Notes: generated by a model from the letters alone, not told the origin. A stretch of DNA of 64,000 nucleotides from Candidatus Omnitrophota bacterium (GCA_022703055.1 JAKLEP010000001.1:346850-410849), one strand, 5' to 3'. Counted from the first letter of the stretch, positions 41,489 through 49,723 are shown. Numbers and translations are program-made.

Positions 41489-41620
41489 CCCCGCCCTTTC
41501 TTTCGACAAAAACTCTGTTCTAGAAAGGGCGGGGTTTAATTCGCAGACGCCCCGATAAATCGGGGCTACGGCTTACGTCGTTGACACTCCGTAAGTCGTC
41601 TGCTCATTAAAGGAGGCAAC
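41489..41620 (+). repeat. Composite structured intergenic element, copy A (empty GC-rich hairpin + three-stem module + SD)
   Basis: 13 bp stem CCCCGCCCTTTCT/AGAAAGGGCGGGG with a 20 nt loop, then TTTAATTC. P1 is GCAGACG/CGTCTGC, P2 is CCCCGA-TAAA-TCGGGG, P3 is GGCTTACG/CGTAAGTC. Ends TCATTAAAGGAGG-N5-ATG. Confidence 0.7.
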
Positions 41621-42064
41621 ATGAAAAAGATTCTATCAGTGATATTGGCGCTGAGTTTAGTATTGGTATCCTCGGTATTTGCCAATGAAGAGAAGTGCCA
41701 TGTAGCGCAAAAGACGGATGAGGCGCAAGTAGTAAATACGCAAGAATCCAGCCGTAATCTGCAAGCAGGGAATCCGTCTAACCCGGATGAGGTTAGCCAG
41801 GGATTGATTCGCAAATACGAAGGTGCAAATTCACAAAAGCCAACAAAACCCCGCCAAGCCATTAATAAGTCGGTAAATAGTGCAAAGGTTAAGCCTGGAC
41901 GGCAGATACCTGATTCCGGGGACCAGACCACCGACAGCGAAAAAAACGCGGTAAGGATTAATGATTTGACAAATAAAAAGCAGACGGCTGAAGGTTTGCT
42001 TTTAAACGAAATGAACAAAACTCACGAAACCCAAAGCTCGGTAGTAAATAACATAAAACCGTAG
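41621..42064 (+). CDS. Hypothetical secreted, low-complexity (Q/N/S/K-rich) protein
   Basis: 147 aa. Clear signal peptide MKKILSVILALSLVLVSSVFA. SD AAAGGAGG is supplied by element copy A. Confidence 0.55.
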   Translation: MKKILSVILALSLVLVSSVFANEEKCHVAQKTDEAQVVNTQESSRNLQAGNPSNPDEVSQGLIRKYEGANSQKPTKPRQAINKSVNSAKVKPGRQIPDSGDQTTDSEKNAVRINDLTNKKQTAEGLLLNEMNKTHETQSSVVNNIKP

Positions 42065-42066
42065 AA

Positions 42067-42170
42067 CCCAGCCCTTTCTTTCGACAAAAATTCTGTTCTA
42101 GAAAGGGCGGGGTTAATTCGCGCAAACAATTTACGTCAGCTACGCTTCCGTAAATTGTGCGCTCATTAAT
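42067..42170 (+). repeat. Composite structured intergenic element, copy B (degenerate, no SD)
   Basis: Hairpin CCCAGCCCTTTCT/AGAAAGGGCGGGG with a loop nearly identical to copy A. Then TTAATTC, a long hairpin GCGCA(AA)CAATTTACG/CGTAAATTGTGCGC, and TCATTAAT. Confidence 0.65.
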
Positions 42171-42220
42171 CGGGAACCGGTCCTGAGGAAGGAAAATTTC
42201 TAAAATATCGGGGGATAATA

Positions 42221-42835
42221 ATGTATTACACAAAAATAACAATATTTGAAAATAATAGAAGGATACAACAGCTGTATGCATTTATCGATCTTATTGGAAG
42301 GTACTTTCAAAATACAAGACATGATGGCTTTAGCTTTGAGCTTATTGAGAATGAAGAAGCGCTGACAATAAGAATGGAAATTGATCGAATACTTACTCGA
42401 ATATATAGAATTGTAATAGCCTCTGGTGTTAATCCGGTAATACAATATACGCCTCCTCCTGCAATTGGTGGATATATACGAGATATAGATGTAATTCATA
42501 ATATTTTTAATTTAAGCAGGTTTGAAATTAGACCAACAATTTTATTAGATTATATCTACAGGGCAATTGGCATATACGAGGATAATAGCAAAAGTGCGTT
42601 GATTAGAACTTTTAATCCGTTTTTCTGGTTAGGATTATTATTAGATTATATTGTTAGTTTACCTTTTAGATTTATGGGCATAATAGGATTTAATCAGAAC
42701 AAAGTTGAGTCTTCATTTATTGGTAAGATTGTTAAAGGTATATTATATTTGATTACAGTATTTGCTTCATTTTTGACGATTCTACACTTACTTGGTTTAC
42801 TAGACAATTTTAAGAATTATTTCAGTAGTAAATAA
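42221..42835 (+). CDS. Hypothetical protein with a cytoplasmic N-terminal domain and two C-terminal TM helices
   Basis: 204 aa. TM candidates FFWLGLLLDYIVSLPFRFMGIIGF and ILYLITVFASFLTILHLLGLL. Very AT-rich coding sequence. No recognised family. Confidence 0.6.
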   Translation: MYYTKITIFENNRRIQQLYAFIDLIGRYFQNTRHDGFSFELIENEEALTIRMEIDRILTRIYRIVIASGVNPVIQYTPPPAIGGYIRDIDVIHNIFNLSRFEIRPTILLDYIYRAIGIYEDNSKSALIRTFNPFFWLGLLLDYIVSLPFRFMGIIGFNQNKVESSFIGKIVKGILYLITVFASFLTILHLLGLLDNFKNYFSSK

Positions 42836-42941
42836 ATTTTTAGGTAAGGAAAATTCCAGAGTCTAATAATTTAATAAAGATTCCCGAATAAAATGGGGAA
42901 CGCCCTCGATAACTCATAAAGAAGGAAAGGAGCCAATCTTG

Positions 42942-44441
42942 ATGATACAAAAAGTCGATGATTATTTGGATGCATTCGACCTTGGAGCATCAACTGCTGA
43001 GAAAGATACGCTTTTGGAGATCGCAAAAATTGAGACTCAGGAATTTTATGATTTATATCTGCATGATAGGATAGATATAGTTCGAGGCACGAAAGGATCA
43101 GGAAAGACAGCTTTATATAGGTTGTTTTTTTTCTTGAGAAATTTATTAATCGATAAAAATAAACTATATTGCATATTCGGAATTGAGGCAACTGGTGATC
43201 CCCTTTTTAAGCTCTTCCAAGATGAATTTAAGTTATATTCAGAGGTTGAATTTGCAAACTTTTGGGGCATTTATTTTATAGTTTTAATATACAAGTTAAT
43301 TTTTAATGCCGATAAGTTACGAAATCAGATCGGCAATGAAGATATAAATAAAATCGATGAGACATTATCAAGAATGGGATTAAAAATTCATAAAGATGGC
43401 TTTATCTTTAAAGACATACAGTGTTCAATTTTAGATTTGATGAGAAAAACAAAAATGAAATTAGGTGTTGAAACTAAAATAGACCAGATATCAGGTTTGC
43501 CAATTTCATTTACGCCCGCAATTGAATTAGAGCCCGGTACGATAGATGAAGTTCATAATAAACCGATTTATCTTATTGATTTTAAGAATATGATCATATC
43601 GATTCTCGAAAAACATAACATAAAAATTTGGATAATGTTAGATCGGCTTGATGAAGTTTTCCCCCATCGTAGCGAAGTAGAAAAAAATGGTTTAAAAGGA
43701 CTGCTGCGAGCATCGTATAATTTTTCTTCTCATTCGTTCCTAAGAATAAAAATATTTTTGAGAGACGATATATTCGAATATTTAGCCGCAGATGGTTTTA
43801 CTGCTTTAACACATATAACCGATAGATGCTCAGCTTCAATGTCTTGGTCAAAAGATGATATTTTATATTTAATTGTCAAAAGAATAGCCGCTATTCCTTA
43901 TTTGCGCTATGAATATGGAATAGATTCTGATAAAATTGATAAAGATAAGTCATATCGTAGCGAGGTGTTTTATAAAATTTTCCCTCCTTGCGTCGGAAAA
44001 ATCGCCACCTTTGATTGGTTATTTGATTCTTGTTCTGATGGAAATGATATAGTCACTCCGAGAGATATAATAGATTTTTTCAGATGCGCAAAGGCTTTTC
44101 AATTTAAGAAATTTAAACAAACTGGGCAACAACAAGAATATCTTATTGAAGAAGATATTCTTAAAAAATCGCTTGAAGCACTTTCTAAGCAGAAAAAAAA
44201 CATGTTTCTGTTTGCAGAATTTCCTCATCTTAAACAACATATATTAAAATTTGAAGGAGGATGTAGTGAGCACAACGCTGATTCATTAGAAAAACTTTTG
44301 GGAAGCGATTGGATTAAAATAGTAGATGAGCTCAAGTCAATCGGGTTTTTGAAACATGTTCCAAAAAGTGGTGCGTATAAGATTCCTATAATCTGGAGGC
44401 AGGGGTTAAGTATTAAAAGAAGAAAAGCTTTTGAAAAATAA
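42942..44441 (+). CDS. Uncharacterised P-loop NTPase (~499 aa)
   Basis: Walker A GTKGSGKT (nt 43086-43109). Walker B-like IWIMLDRLDE (nt 43626-43655). SD AAGGAAAGGAG. ATG 42942 is preferred over TTG 42939. Family not recognised. Confidence 0.7.
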   Translation: MIQKVDDYLDAFDLGASTAEKDTLLEIAKIETQEFYDLYLHDRIDIVRGTKGSGKTALYRLFFFLRNLLIDKNKLYCIFGIEATGDPLFKLFQDEFKLYSEVEFANFWGIYFIVLIYKLIFNADKLRNQIGNEDINKIDETLSRMGLKIHKDGFIFKDIQCSILDLMRKTKMKLGVETKIDQISGLPISFTPAIELEPGTIDEVHNKPIYLIDFKNMIISILEKHNIKIWIMLDRLDEVFPHRSEVEKNGLKGLLRASYNFSSHSFLRIKIFLRDDIFEYLAADGFTALTHITDRCSASMSWSKDDILYLIVKRIAAIPYLRYEYGIDSDKIDKDKSYRSEVFYKIFPPCVGKIATFDWLFDSCSDGNDIVTPRDIIDFFRCAKAFQFKKFKQTGQQQEYLIEEDILKKSLEALSKQKKNMFLFAEFPHLKQHILKFEGGCSEHNADSLEKLLGSDWIKIVDELKSIGFLKHVPKSGAYKIPIIWRQGLSIKRRKAFEK

Positions 44442-44530
44442 AGAGCAAGAAATCAAAAAACGTAAGGACTAAAGAATATTTGTTTTAACTCGTAGCTAAA
44501 ACTACATTAACCATAAATATACACGAATTA

Positions 44531-44559
44531 TTGACGAAACTTGGTAGTTATGATAGAAT
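44531..44559 (+). promoter_or_regulatory. Sigma70-type promoter restarting the LPS genes after the island
   Basis: TTGACG, 17 nt spacer, TAGAAT. The -10 hexamer ends 12 nt upstream of ATG 44572. Confidence 0.5.
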
Positions 44560-44571
44560 TTATCGTTCACT

Positions 44572-45510
44572 ATGACTAAAATAAATCTCAGTAAAATTAG
44601 GACTTATTCACTCGGCCGGAGGCAAAGCAAGGTCAATGTGGAGGATTTTGCCTGTATCTACAGGAGAGGCAACAGCTTCCGCAAATTTTACCAGAGCCTG
44701 CCCAATGTTTTGAAGGCGGCCGACTTGCGTAAAGTTGTTGCGGCCGTGGTTGAGTCCAAGAAAAAGAAAAAACCGGTCATTTTGATGATGGGCGCGCACG
44801 TGATTAAGTGCGGCCTAAGCCCGATAATCATTGATTTGATAGAAAGAAAAGTCATCACTGCCATTGCCTTAAACGGCGCCTGCATCATCCATGACTTTGA
44901 GCTGGCATTTATGGGCAAGACTTCCGAGGACGTGGACAAGGCCATCCTCGACGGGTCATTCGGCATGGCTGATGAGACATCAAGATTTGTCAATGAGGCG
45001 ATAAAGCAGGCTGCCCACGCCAATATCGGCATCGGCAAAGCCGTGGGAAAAGCCATTGAGAAGGATAAAAGATTAAAGTTCAAGGACCTAAGCGTAGTTT
45101 ACGCTGCCTATAAACATAATGTGCCGGTAAGCGTGCACATTGCCATCGGAACCGATATCGTGCACCAGCATATGTCATGCTCGGGCGCGGCGATCGGCCA
45201 GGCATCATTAAAAGATTTCCATAATTTTATCGCCGAGGTGGCCAAGTTAGGCGACGGAGGAGTGCTTTTGAATTTCGGCTCAGCGGTAGTATTGCCGGAA
45301 GTATTCTTAAAGGCTCTTACCGTGGCCAGAAACTTAGGCTATAAGGTGAAGAATTTCACCACGGCAAACTTTGATATGATTTACCATTACCGGCCGCAGC
45401 AGAATATCGTGCACCGGCCCACTCAAGGCACGGGCAAAGGATATTATATTATCGGACACCATGAGATTATGATGCCGCTTTTGGCTGCAGCAATAATTGA
45501 CGAATTATAA
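44572..45510 (+). CDS. Conserved hypothetical protein, possibly deoxyhypusine-synthase-like fold
   Basis: 312 aa. Block order (MMGAHVIKCGLSPIIIDLIERKVITAIALNGACIIHD; KHNVPVSVHIAIGTDIVH; LLNFGSAVVLPEV) loosely parallels deoxyhypusine synthase family proteins, as recalled from memory. Confidence 0.35.
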   Translation: MTKINLSKIRTYSLGRRQSKVNVEDFACIYRRGNSFRKFYQSLPNVLKAADLRKVVAAVVESKKKKKPVILMMGAHVIKCGLSPIIIDLIERKVITAIALNGACIIHDFELAFMGKTSEDVDKAILDGSFGMADETSRFVNEAIKQAAHANIGIGKAVGKAIEKDKRLKFKDLSVVYAAYKHNVPVSVHIAIGTDIVHQHMSCSGAAIGQASLKDFHNFIAEVAKLGDGGVLLNFGSAVVLPEVFLKALTVARNLGYKVKNFTTANFDMIYHYRPQQNIVHRPTQGTGKGYYIIGHHEIMMPLLAAAIIDEL

Positions 45511-46535
45511 TGAAAGACAGCTTAATAAAATTAGTCCACAATTTCAAGAGAGCAAAGATTCTCGTCATCGGCGACTTGATCCTGGATGAATTCATCTGGG
45601 GAAAGGCCAGCCGTCTTTCACCGGAGGCTCCAGTGCCGGTAGTTAAAGCCGAGGAAAGAGAATATATTCCCGGTGGAGCCTGCAACGTATCAAGTAATAT
45701 CACTAGCCTCGGCGCAAAATCAACACTTTTAGGAGTGGTGGGAAAAGATCGCCGGGCAGAATATTTGTTTGCGGAATTAAAGAAAAGAAAGATTGATAGT
45801 AAGGCGATAGTGGTGGACACCAAACGCCGGACAATCCTCAAAACCAGAGTCATCGCCCAGAGGCAGCAGGTGGTGAGGGTGGATTGGGAGCAGACCGACG
45901 AGATAAAGCAGGAGACGCTGCGCAAAATCGAGAATTTTATCAAGAATAATTTGAATAAGTTTGATGCTATTATCATTGAGGATTACGGAAAGGGCGTTAT
46001 CACGGAAAATTTGTTGCAGTATATAAAAGATGTGGCGGCGGGAAAGAAGATTATCACCGTCGATCCCAAGGAAGAGCATTTCAGCATGTATCGGGATTTG
46101 GGGATTACCGCCATCACTCCTAACAGAAGCGAAGCGGAAAACGCAATTAGGGATATCAAGATTCGCGACGCCAAGAATAGATTGCATATCTACAGCGATA
46201 AACTTAAGAGCGCAGGCGATATTGATAAAGCAGGCAAGGAATTATTGAAGTATCTCAATTCCAAAGCGGTTTTGATTACATTGGGCGAAAGCGGCATGCA
46301 GCTATTCACCAAAGAAAAGGCAAAATCAATAAATATTCCCACGGTGGCCAGAGAAGTTTTTGATGTATCCGGCGCGGGAGACACAGTCATCGCGGTATTT
46401 ACCCTGGCGTTGGCATCGGGAGCAAAATTATTGGAAGCGGCGCATTTGGCCAACTTTGCTGCAGGAATTGTCGTTGGGAAAATCGGAACTGCAACAGTCA
46501 GTCCTAAAGAATTAATCGAAAGAATTAAAGAGTAA
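45510..46535 (+). CDS. hldA: D-glycero-beta-D-manno-heptose-7-phosphate kinase (RfaE domain I type, PfkB family)
   Basis: 341 aa. Motifs ILVIGDLILDEFIWGKASRLSPEAPVPVV and DVSGAGDTV. No fused adenylyltransferase domain. Confidence 0.8.
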   Translation: MKDSLIKLVHNFKRAKILVIGDLILDEFIWGKASRLSPEAPVPVVKAEEREYIPGGACNVSSNITSLGAKSTLLGVVGKDRRAEYLFAELKKRKIDSKAIVVDTKRRTILKTRVIAQRQQVVRVDWEQTDEIKQETLRKIENFIKNNLNKFDAIIIEDYGKGVITENLLQYIKDVAAGKKIITVDPKEEHFSMYRDLGITAITPNRSEAENAIRDIKIRDAKNRLHIYSDKLKSAGDIDKAGKELLKYLNSKAVLITLGESGMQLFTKEKAKSINIPTVAREVFDVSGAGDTVIAVFTLALASGAKLLEAAHLANFAAGIVVGKIGTATVSPKELIERIKE

Positions 46536-46537
46536 TT

Positions 46538-47275
46538 ATGAATATTGTCGGAATCATACCCGCAAGATACGCCTCAACCCGTTTGGAGGCAAAAGTTTTA
46601 GCCGATATTTTAGGCAAGCCGATGATCCAGCATGTCTGGGAACGCGCCAAGCAGTCCAAGATGCTGGATGATCTGATTATCGCCTGCGATGATGAAAGAG
46701 TCAAAGAGGTGGCGGAAGGTTTCGGCGCCAAAGCGATTTTGACTTCTAAAGACCACGAATCAGGATCTGACAGGTTGACGGAAATCGTCCATTCTTTGGA
46801 CGTCAAAGCTATAATCAATATCCAGGGTGATGAGCCGTTGATCCATTCCACGATGATAGATAATCTGGCGCATGCGATTCTGGACGACGAGTCAGTCGTC
46901 ATGGCGACGATCATCAAGAAAATTGAAAATAAAGAAGAGATTGATAATCCCAATGTGGTCAAAGTGATAATTGATCGCAATGATTTCGCGATTTATTTCT
47001 CGCGCTCAAGGATTCCCTATCTTCGTGATAAAAGCGTGGAGCATGTTTATTACAAACACATGGGAATTTACGCTTATACCAAAGATTTCCTGTTTACTTT
47101 TAAGAACCTGCCTGAATCAAAATTAGAGAAGGCGGAGAAATTGGAGCAATTAAGGGCTCTTGAGGCAGGCTATAAGATTAAAACCGTCGAGACTAATATT
47201 GACACAATAGCAGTGGATACGGCGGAAGATTTGGAATTGGTCAAAGAAAGACTATCTGAAGAGAAAACAGATTAA
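46538..47275 (+). CDS. kdsB: 3-deoxy-manno-octulosonate cytidylyltransferase (CMP-Kdo synthetase)
   Basis: 245 aa. Motifs GIIPARYASTRL..K and NIQGDEPL. Confidence 0.9.
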   Translation: MNIVGIIPARYASTRLEAKVLADILGKPMIQHVWERAKQSKMLDDLIIACDDERVKEVAEGFGAKAILTSKDHESGSDRLTEIVHSLDVKAIINIQGDEPLIHSTMIDNLAHAILDDESVVMATIIKKIENKEEIDNPNVVKVIIDRNDFAIYFSRSRIPYLRDKSVEHVYYKHMGIYAYTKDFLFTFKNLPESKLEKAEKLEQLRALEAGYKIKTVETNIDTIAVDTAEDLELVKERLSEEKTD

Positions 47276-47288
47276 CAATATACAAAGT

Positions 47289-47360
47289 CTAAACCCTATA
47301 CCCCATACCCTACACCCTAGAGGATTTAGGGTATAGCGTTTAGGGTGTAGCGTTTAGAGT
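47289..47360. repeat. Long imperfect palindrome with internal ~14 nt periodicity (kdsB-kdsA spacer)
   Basis: The left arm AAACCCTATACCCCATACCCTACACCCTAG matches the right arm TAGGGTATAGCGTTTAGGGTGTAGCGTTT at 23 of 29 positions as reverse complement. The right arm is a tandem TTTAGGGTRTAGCG x2. Confidence 0.6.
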
Positions 47361-47386
47361 TTGATATTTTGGAGATTTGATAAGAA

Positions 47387-48220
47387 ATGAAACAAATTAA
47401 AGTTAGAAATATCAAAATTGGTTCCAGCGCGCCATTCGTGCTTATTGCCGGGCCTTGCGTGATCGAGGACCCTAAGGATTGTTTTGATACGGCAGTTGAG
47501 ATCCAGAAGATGACAAAGAGCCTGGGCATCCCGTTTATTTTTAAATCCAGTTTTGATAAGGCTAATCGCTCGTCGATAAAATCTTATCGCGGGCCGGGTT
47601 TAGTCAAGGGATTAAAGGTCCTTAAGAAAATCAAAGACGAGTTAAGGGTGCCGATTTTAAGCGATATTCATTCGCCACAGCAGGCCAAAGAGGCAGCCAA
47701 GGTATTAGACGTAATCCAGATCCCGGCGTTTTTGTGCCGTCAGACAGATTTAGTTGTGGCTGCCGCCAAAACCGGCAAAGTCATCAACATAAAAAAAGGA
47801 CAGTTCCTGGCGCCGTGGGACGTGGCACAGATCATAAAAAAGATTGAAAGCGCAGGCAACAACAATATTTTCATCACCGAAAGAGGGACAAGTTTTGGTT
47901 ATAATAATCTAGTCAGCGATTTCCGTTCACTGGTGATTTTGCGAAGATTCGGTTATCCGATTATTTACGATGCCACACACAGCGTCCAGCTTCCCGGCGG
48001 AAAAGGCACGGCTTCCGGCGGAGAAAAACATTTTGTTTCTTATTTATCCAGGGCGGCGGTGGCGGTTGGTTGCGATGGTTTGTTTGTCGAAGTGCATAAA
48101 AATCCCAAGAAGGCTCTTAGTGATGGGCCAAACATGATCACGCCTAAAGAATTAAAAACAATTTTAGTCCAGGCAATCGGAATCGACAGGTTCCTTCGAT
48201 CTTTTAGGATTAAAAAATAA
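47387..48220 (+). CDS. kdsA: 2-dehydro-3-deoxyphosphooctonate aldolase (Kdo8P synthase)
   Basis: 277 aa. Motifs FVLIAGPCVIE, FKSSFDKANRSS, DATHSVQ.PG. Confidence 0.9.
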   Translation: MKQIKVRNIKIGSSAPFVLIAGPCVIEDPKDCFDTAVEIQKMTKSLGIPFIFKSSFDKANRSSIKSYRGPGLVKGLKVLKKIKDELRVPILSDIHSPQQAKEAAKVLDVIQIPAFLCRQTDLVVAAAKTGKVINIKKGQFLAPWDVAQIIKKIESAGNNNIFITERGTSFGYNNLVSDFRSLVILRRFGYPIIYDATHSVQLPGGKGTASGGEKHFVSYLSRAAVAVGCDGLFVEVHKNPKKALSDGPNMITPKELKTILVQAIGIDRFLRSFRIKK

Positions 48221-48243
48221 CTCTAAAATAAATTGGTGGTCAA

Positions 48244-49203
48244 ATGATAAAAACACGCGCGAAAGAAGTTTTGAGGATTGAGTCTGAAGCAGTGCGTTCG
48301 CTGATCAACCGGATCGACGATACTTTCGAGAAGGCAGTGGATTTGATGTATGCCTGTAAGGGAAGAGTCGTGGTTACCGGAATGGGCAAGGGCGGTTTAA
48401 TCGGACAGAAGATATCCGCGACTTTGTCCTCGGTAGGGACTCCCAGCCTCTGGATGCATTCGGTCGAGGCTATCCACGGAGATTTGGGCAGGGTATCCAA
48501 AGAAGATATCGTGATTGTGATTTCCAAGAGTGGTGAGACTGAAGAGATTCGCAGTTTGCTACCGTTATTAAAGAAAATCGGCACCAAGATTATTGCTTTG
48601 ACCGGAAATACCAAATCCACTTTAGCCAAATACAGTAATGTGGTTTTGGATACAAGCGTTAAGAAAGAGGCATGTTCTTTGAACTTAGCGCCGACAGCAA
48701 GCACGACAGCGATGCTGGCCATGGGCGATGCCTTGGCGGTTTGTTTGTTGGATAAAAAAGGATTTAAGAAAGAGGATTTTGCTTTTTATCATCCCGGAGG
48801 AATGCTGGGCAAACAACTTCTTCTTACCGTGGAAGATATCATGCGCATGAAAAAATCCAATCCGGTGGTAAACCAGGAGAAAAAGATTAAGGATGTGTTG
48901 CTTGCCATAACCAAAGCCAGGGCTGGTTCGGCATCGATTGTAGATAAAAAAGGCAAACTGGTGGGAATATTCACCGACGGTGATTTAAGGCGCCATCTGG
49001 AAGTTGACGCCAATTTATCGGAAAAGAAGGTCAAGGACGTAATGACTAAAAGGCCCACGACTGTCACCAAAGAGACTTTGGCTGCCGAGGCTTTAAGGAT
49101 ATTGCAGGAAAGAAAGATTGATGAGGTCCCGGTAGTGGATAAAAAAGGAAAACCCATCGGTTTGTTAGATGTGCAGGATTTATTGAAAGCAGGTTTGGTG
49201 TAA
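48244..49203 (+). CDS. kdsD: Arabinose-5-phosphate isomerase (SIS + tandem CBS)
   Basis: 319 aa. SIS motifs VTGMGKGG and SKSGETEE. Two C-terminal CBS repeats. Confidence 0.9.
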   Translation: MIKTRAKEVLRIESEAVRSLINRIDDTFEKAVDLMYACKGRVVVTGMGKGGLIGQKISATLSSVGTPSLWMHSVEAIHGDLGRVSKEDIVIVISKSGETEEIRSLLPLLKKIGTKIIALTGNTKSTLAKYSNVVLDTSVKKEACSLNLAPTASTTAMLAMGDALAVCLLDKKGFKKEDFAFYHPGGMLGKQLLLTVEDIMRMKKSNPVVNQEKKIKDVLLAITKARAGSASIVDKKGKLVGIFTDGDLRRHLEVDANLSEKKVKDVMTKRPTTVTKETLAAEALRILQERKIDEVPVVDKKGKPIGLLDVQDLLKAGLV

Positions 49204-49204
49204 A

Positions 49205-49723
49205 TTGATTCAAGATAAGGCCAGAAAGGTTAAGCTTTTGATTTTGGATGTTGACGGTGTCCTGACCGACGGAAAAATCGTCATGGATGAAAAAGGAAAG
49301 CAGCTTAAATTCTTCGATGTCCAGGATGGTTTAGGCGTAGTTTTGCTAAAGAGAGCCGGGATTAACACCATAATTTTATCCGCCAGGTATTCCCGAGTGG
49401 TAAGCCATCGCGCCAAAGACATCAAGATTTTTAAGGCTTATCAGAATTGCGATGACAAGCTTTTAACTTACCATAAGATACTCAAGCAAATGAAACTAAA
49501 GAACGAAAGTGTCTGTTTTATCGGCGATGAATTAATCGATATTCCCGTCTTAAAGAGAGCTGGTTTATCCGTAGCGGTTGCCAACGCCGCGCCAGAAGCC
49601 AAGAGAGCCGCGGATTACATCACCAAGAAAAAAGGCGGCGACGGCGCAGTGCGCGAGATAATCGAGCTCATCTTGAAATCTCAAGGCAAGTGGGACAAAG
49701 TCATTAGCAAATATTTCAGATAA
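49205..49723 (+). CDS. kdsC: Kdo-8-phosphate phosphatase (HAD family)
   Basis: 172 aa. TTG start. HAD motif LLILDVDGVLTDG. Also GDELIDIPV. Confidence 0.85.
   Translation: MIQDKARKVKLLILDVDGVLTDGKIVMDEKGKQLKFFDVQDGLGVVLLKRAGINTIILSARYSRVVSHRAKDIKIFKAYQNCDDKLLTYHKILKQMKLKNESVCFIGDELIDIPVLKRAGLSVAVANAAPEAKRAADYITKKKGGDGAVREIIELILKSQGKWDKVISKYFR

Noticed and set aside
41578-41612. TTGACA inside the P3 loop of element copy A as a -35 box, with CATTAA as -10
   Set aside because: The hexamer is not conserved in the other copies (TTGGCA, CTAAAG, GCTACG). The putative -10 is weak. A transcription start site there would leave no room for the SD.
41566-42018. 150 aa minus-strand ORF opposite the 41621-42064 secreted-protein ORF
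   Set aside because: The plus-strand frame has a canonical signal peptide and a perfect SD (AAAGGAGG, with 5 nt between the SD and the ATG) supplied by the repeat element. The minus frame has neither. Neither ORF has recognisable homology, so this call remains moderate.
41489-42170. Integron attC sites / gene cassette interpretation of the hairpin-flanked ORF
   Set aside because: There is no intI integrase in the window. The sequences after the hairpins (GTTTAATT, GTTAATT, GTTCAATT) do not fit the GTTRRRY core. The elements also carry an extra conserved three-stem module not seen in attC.
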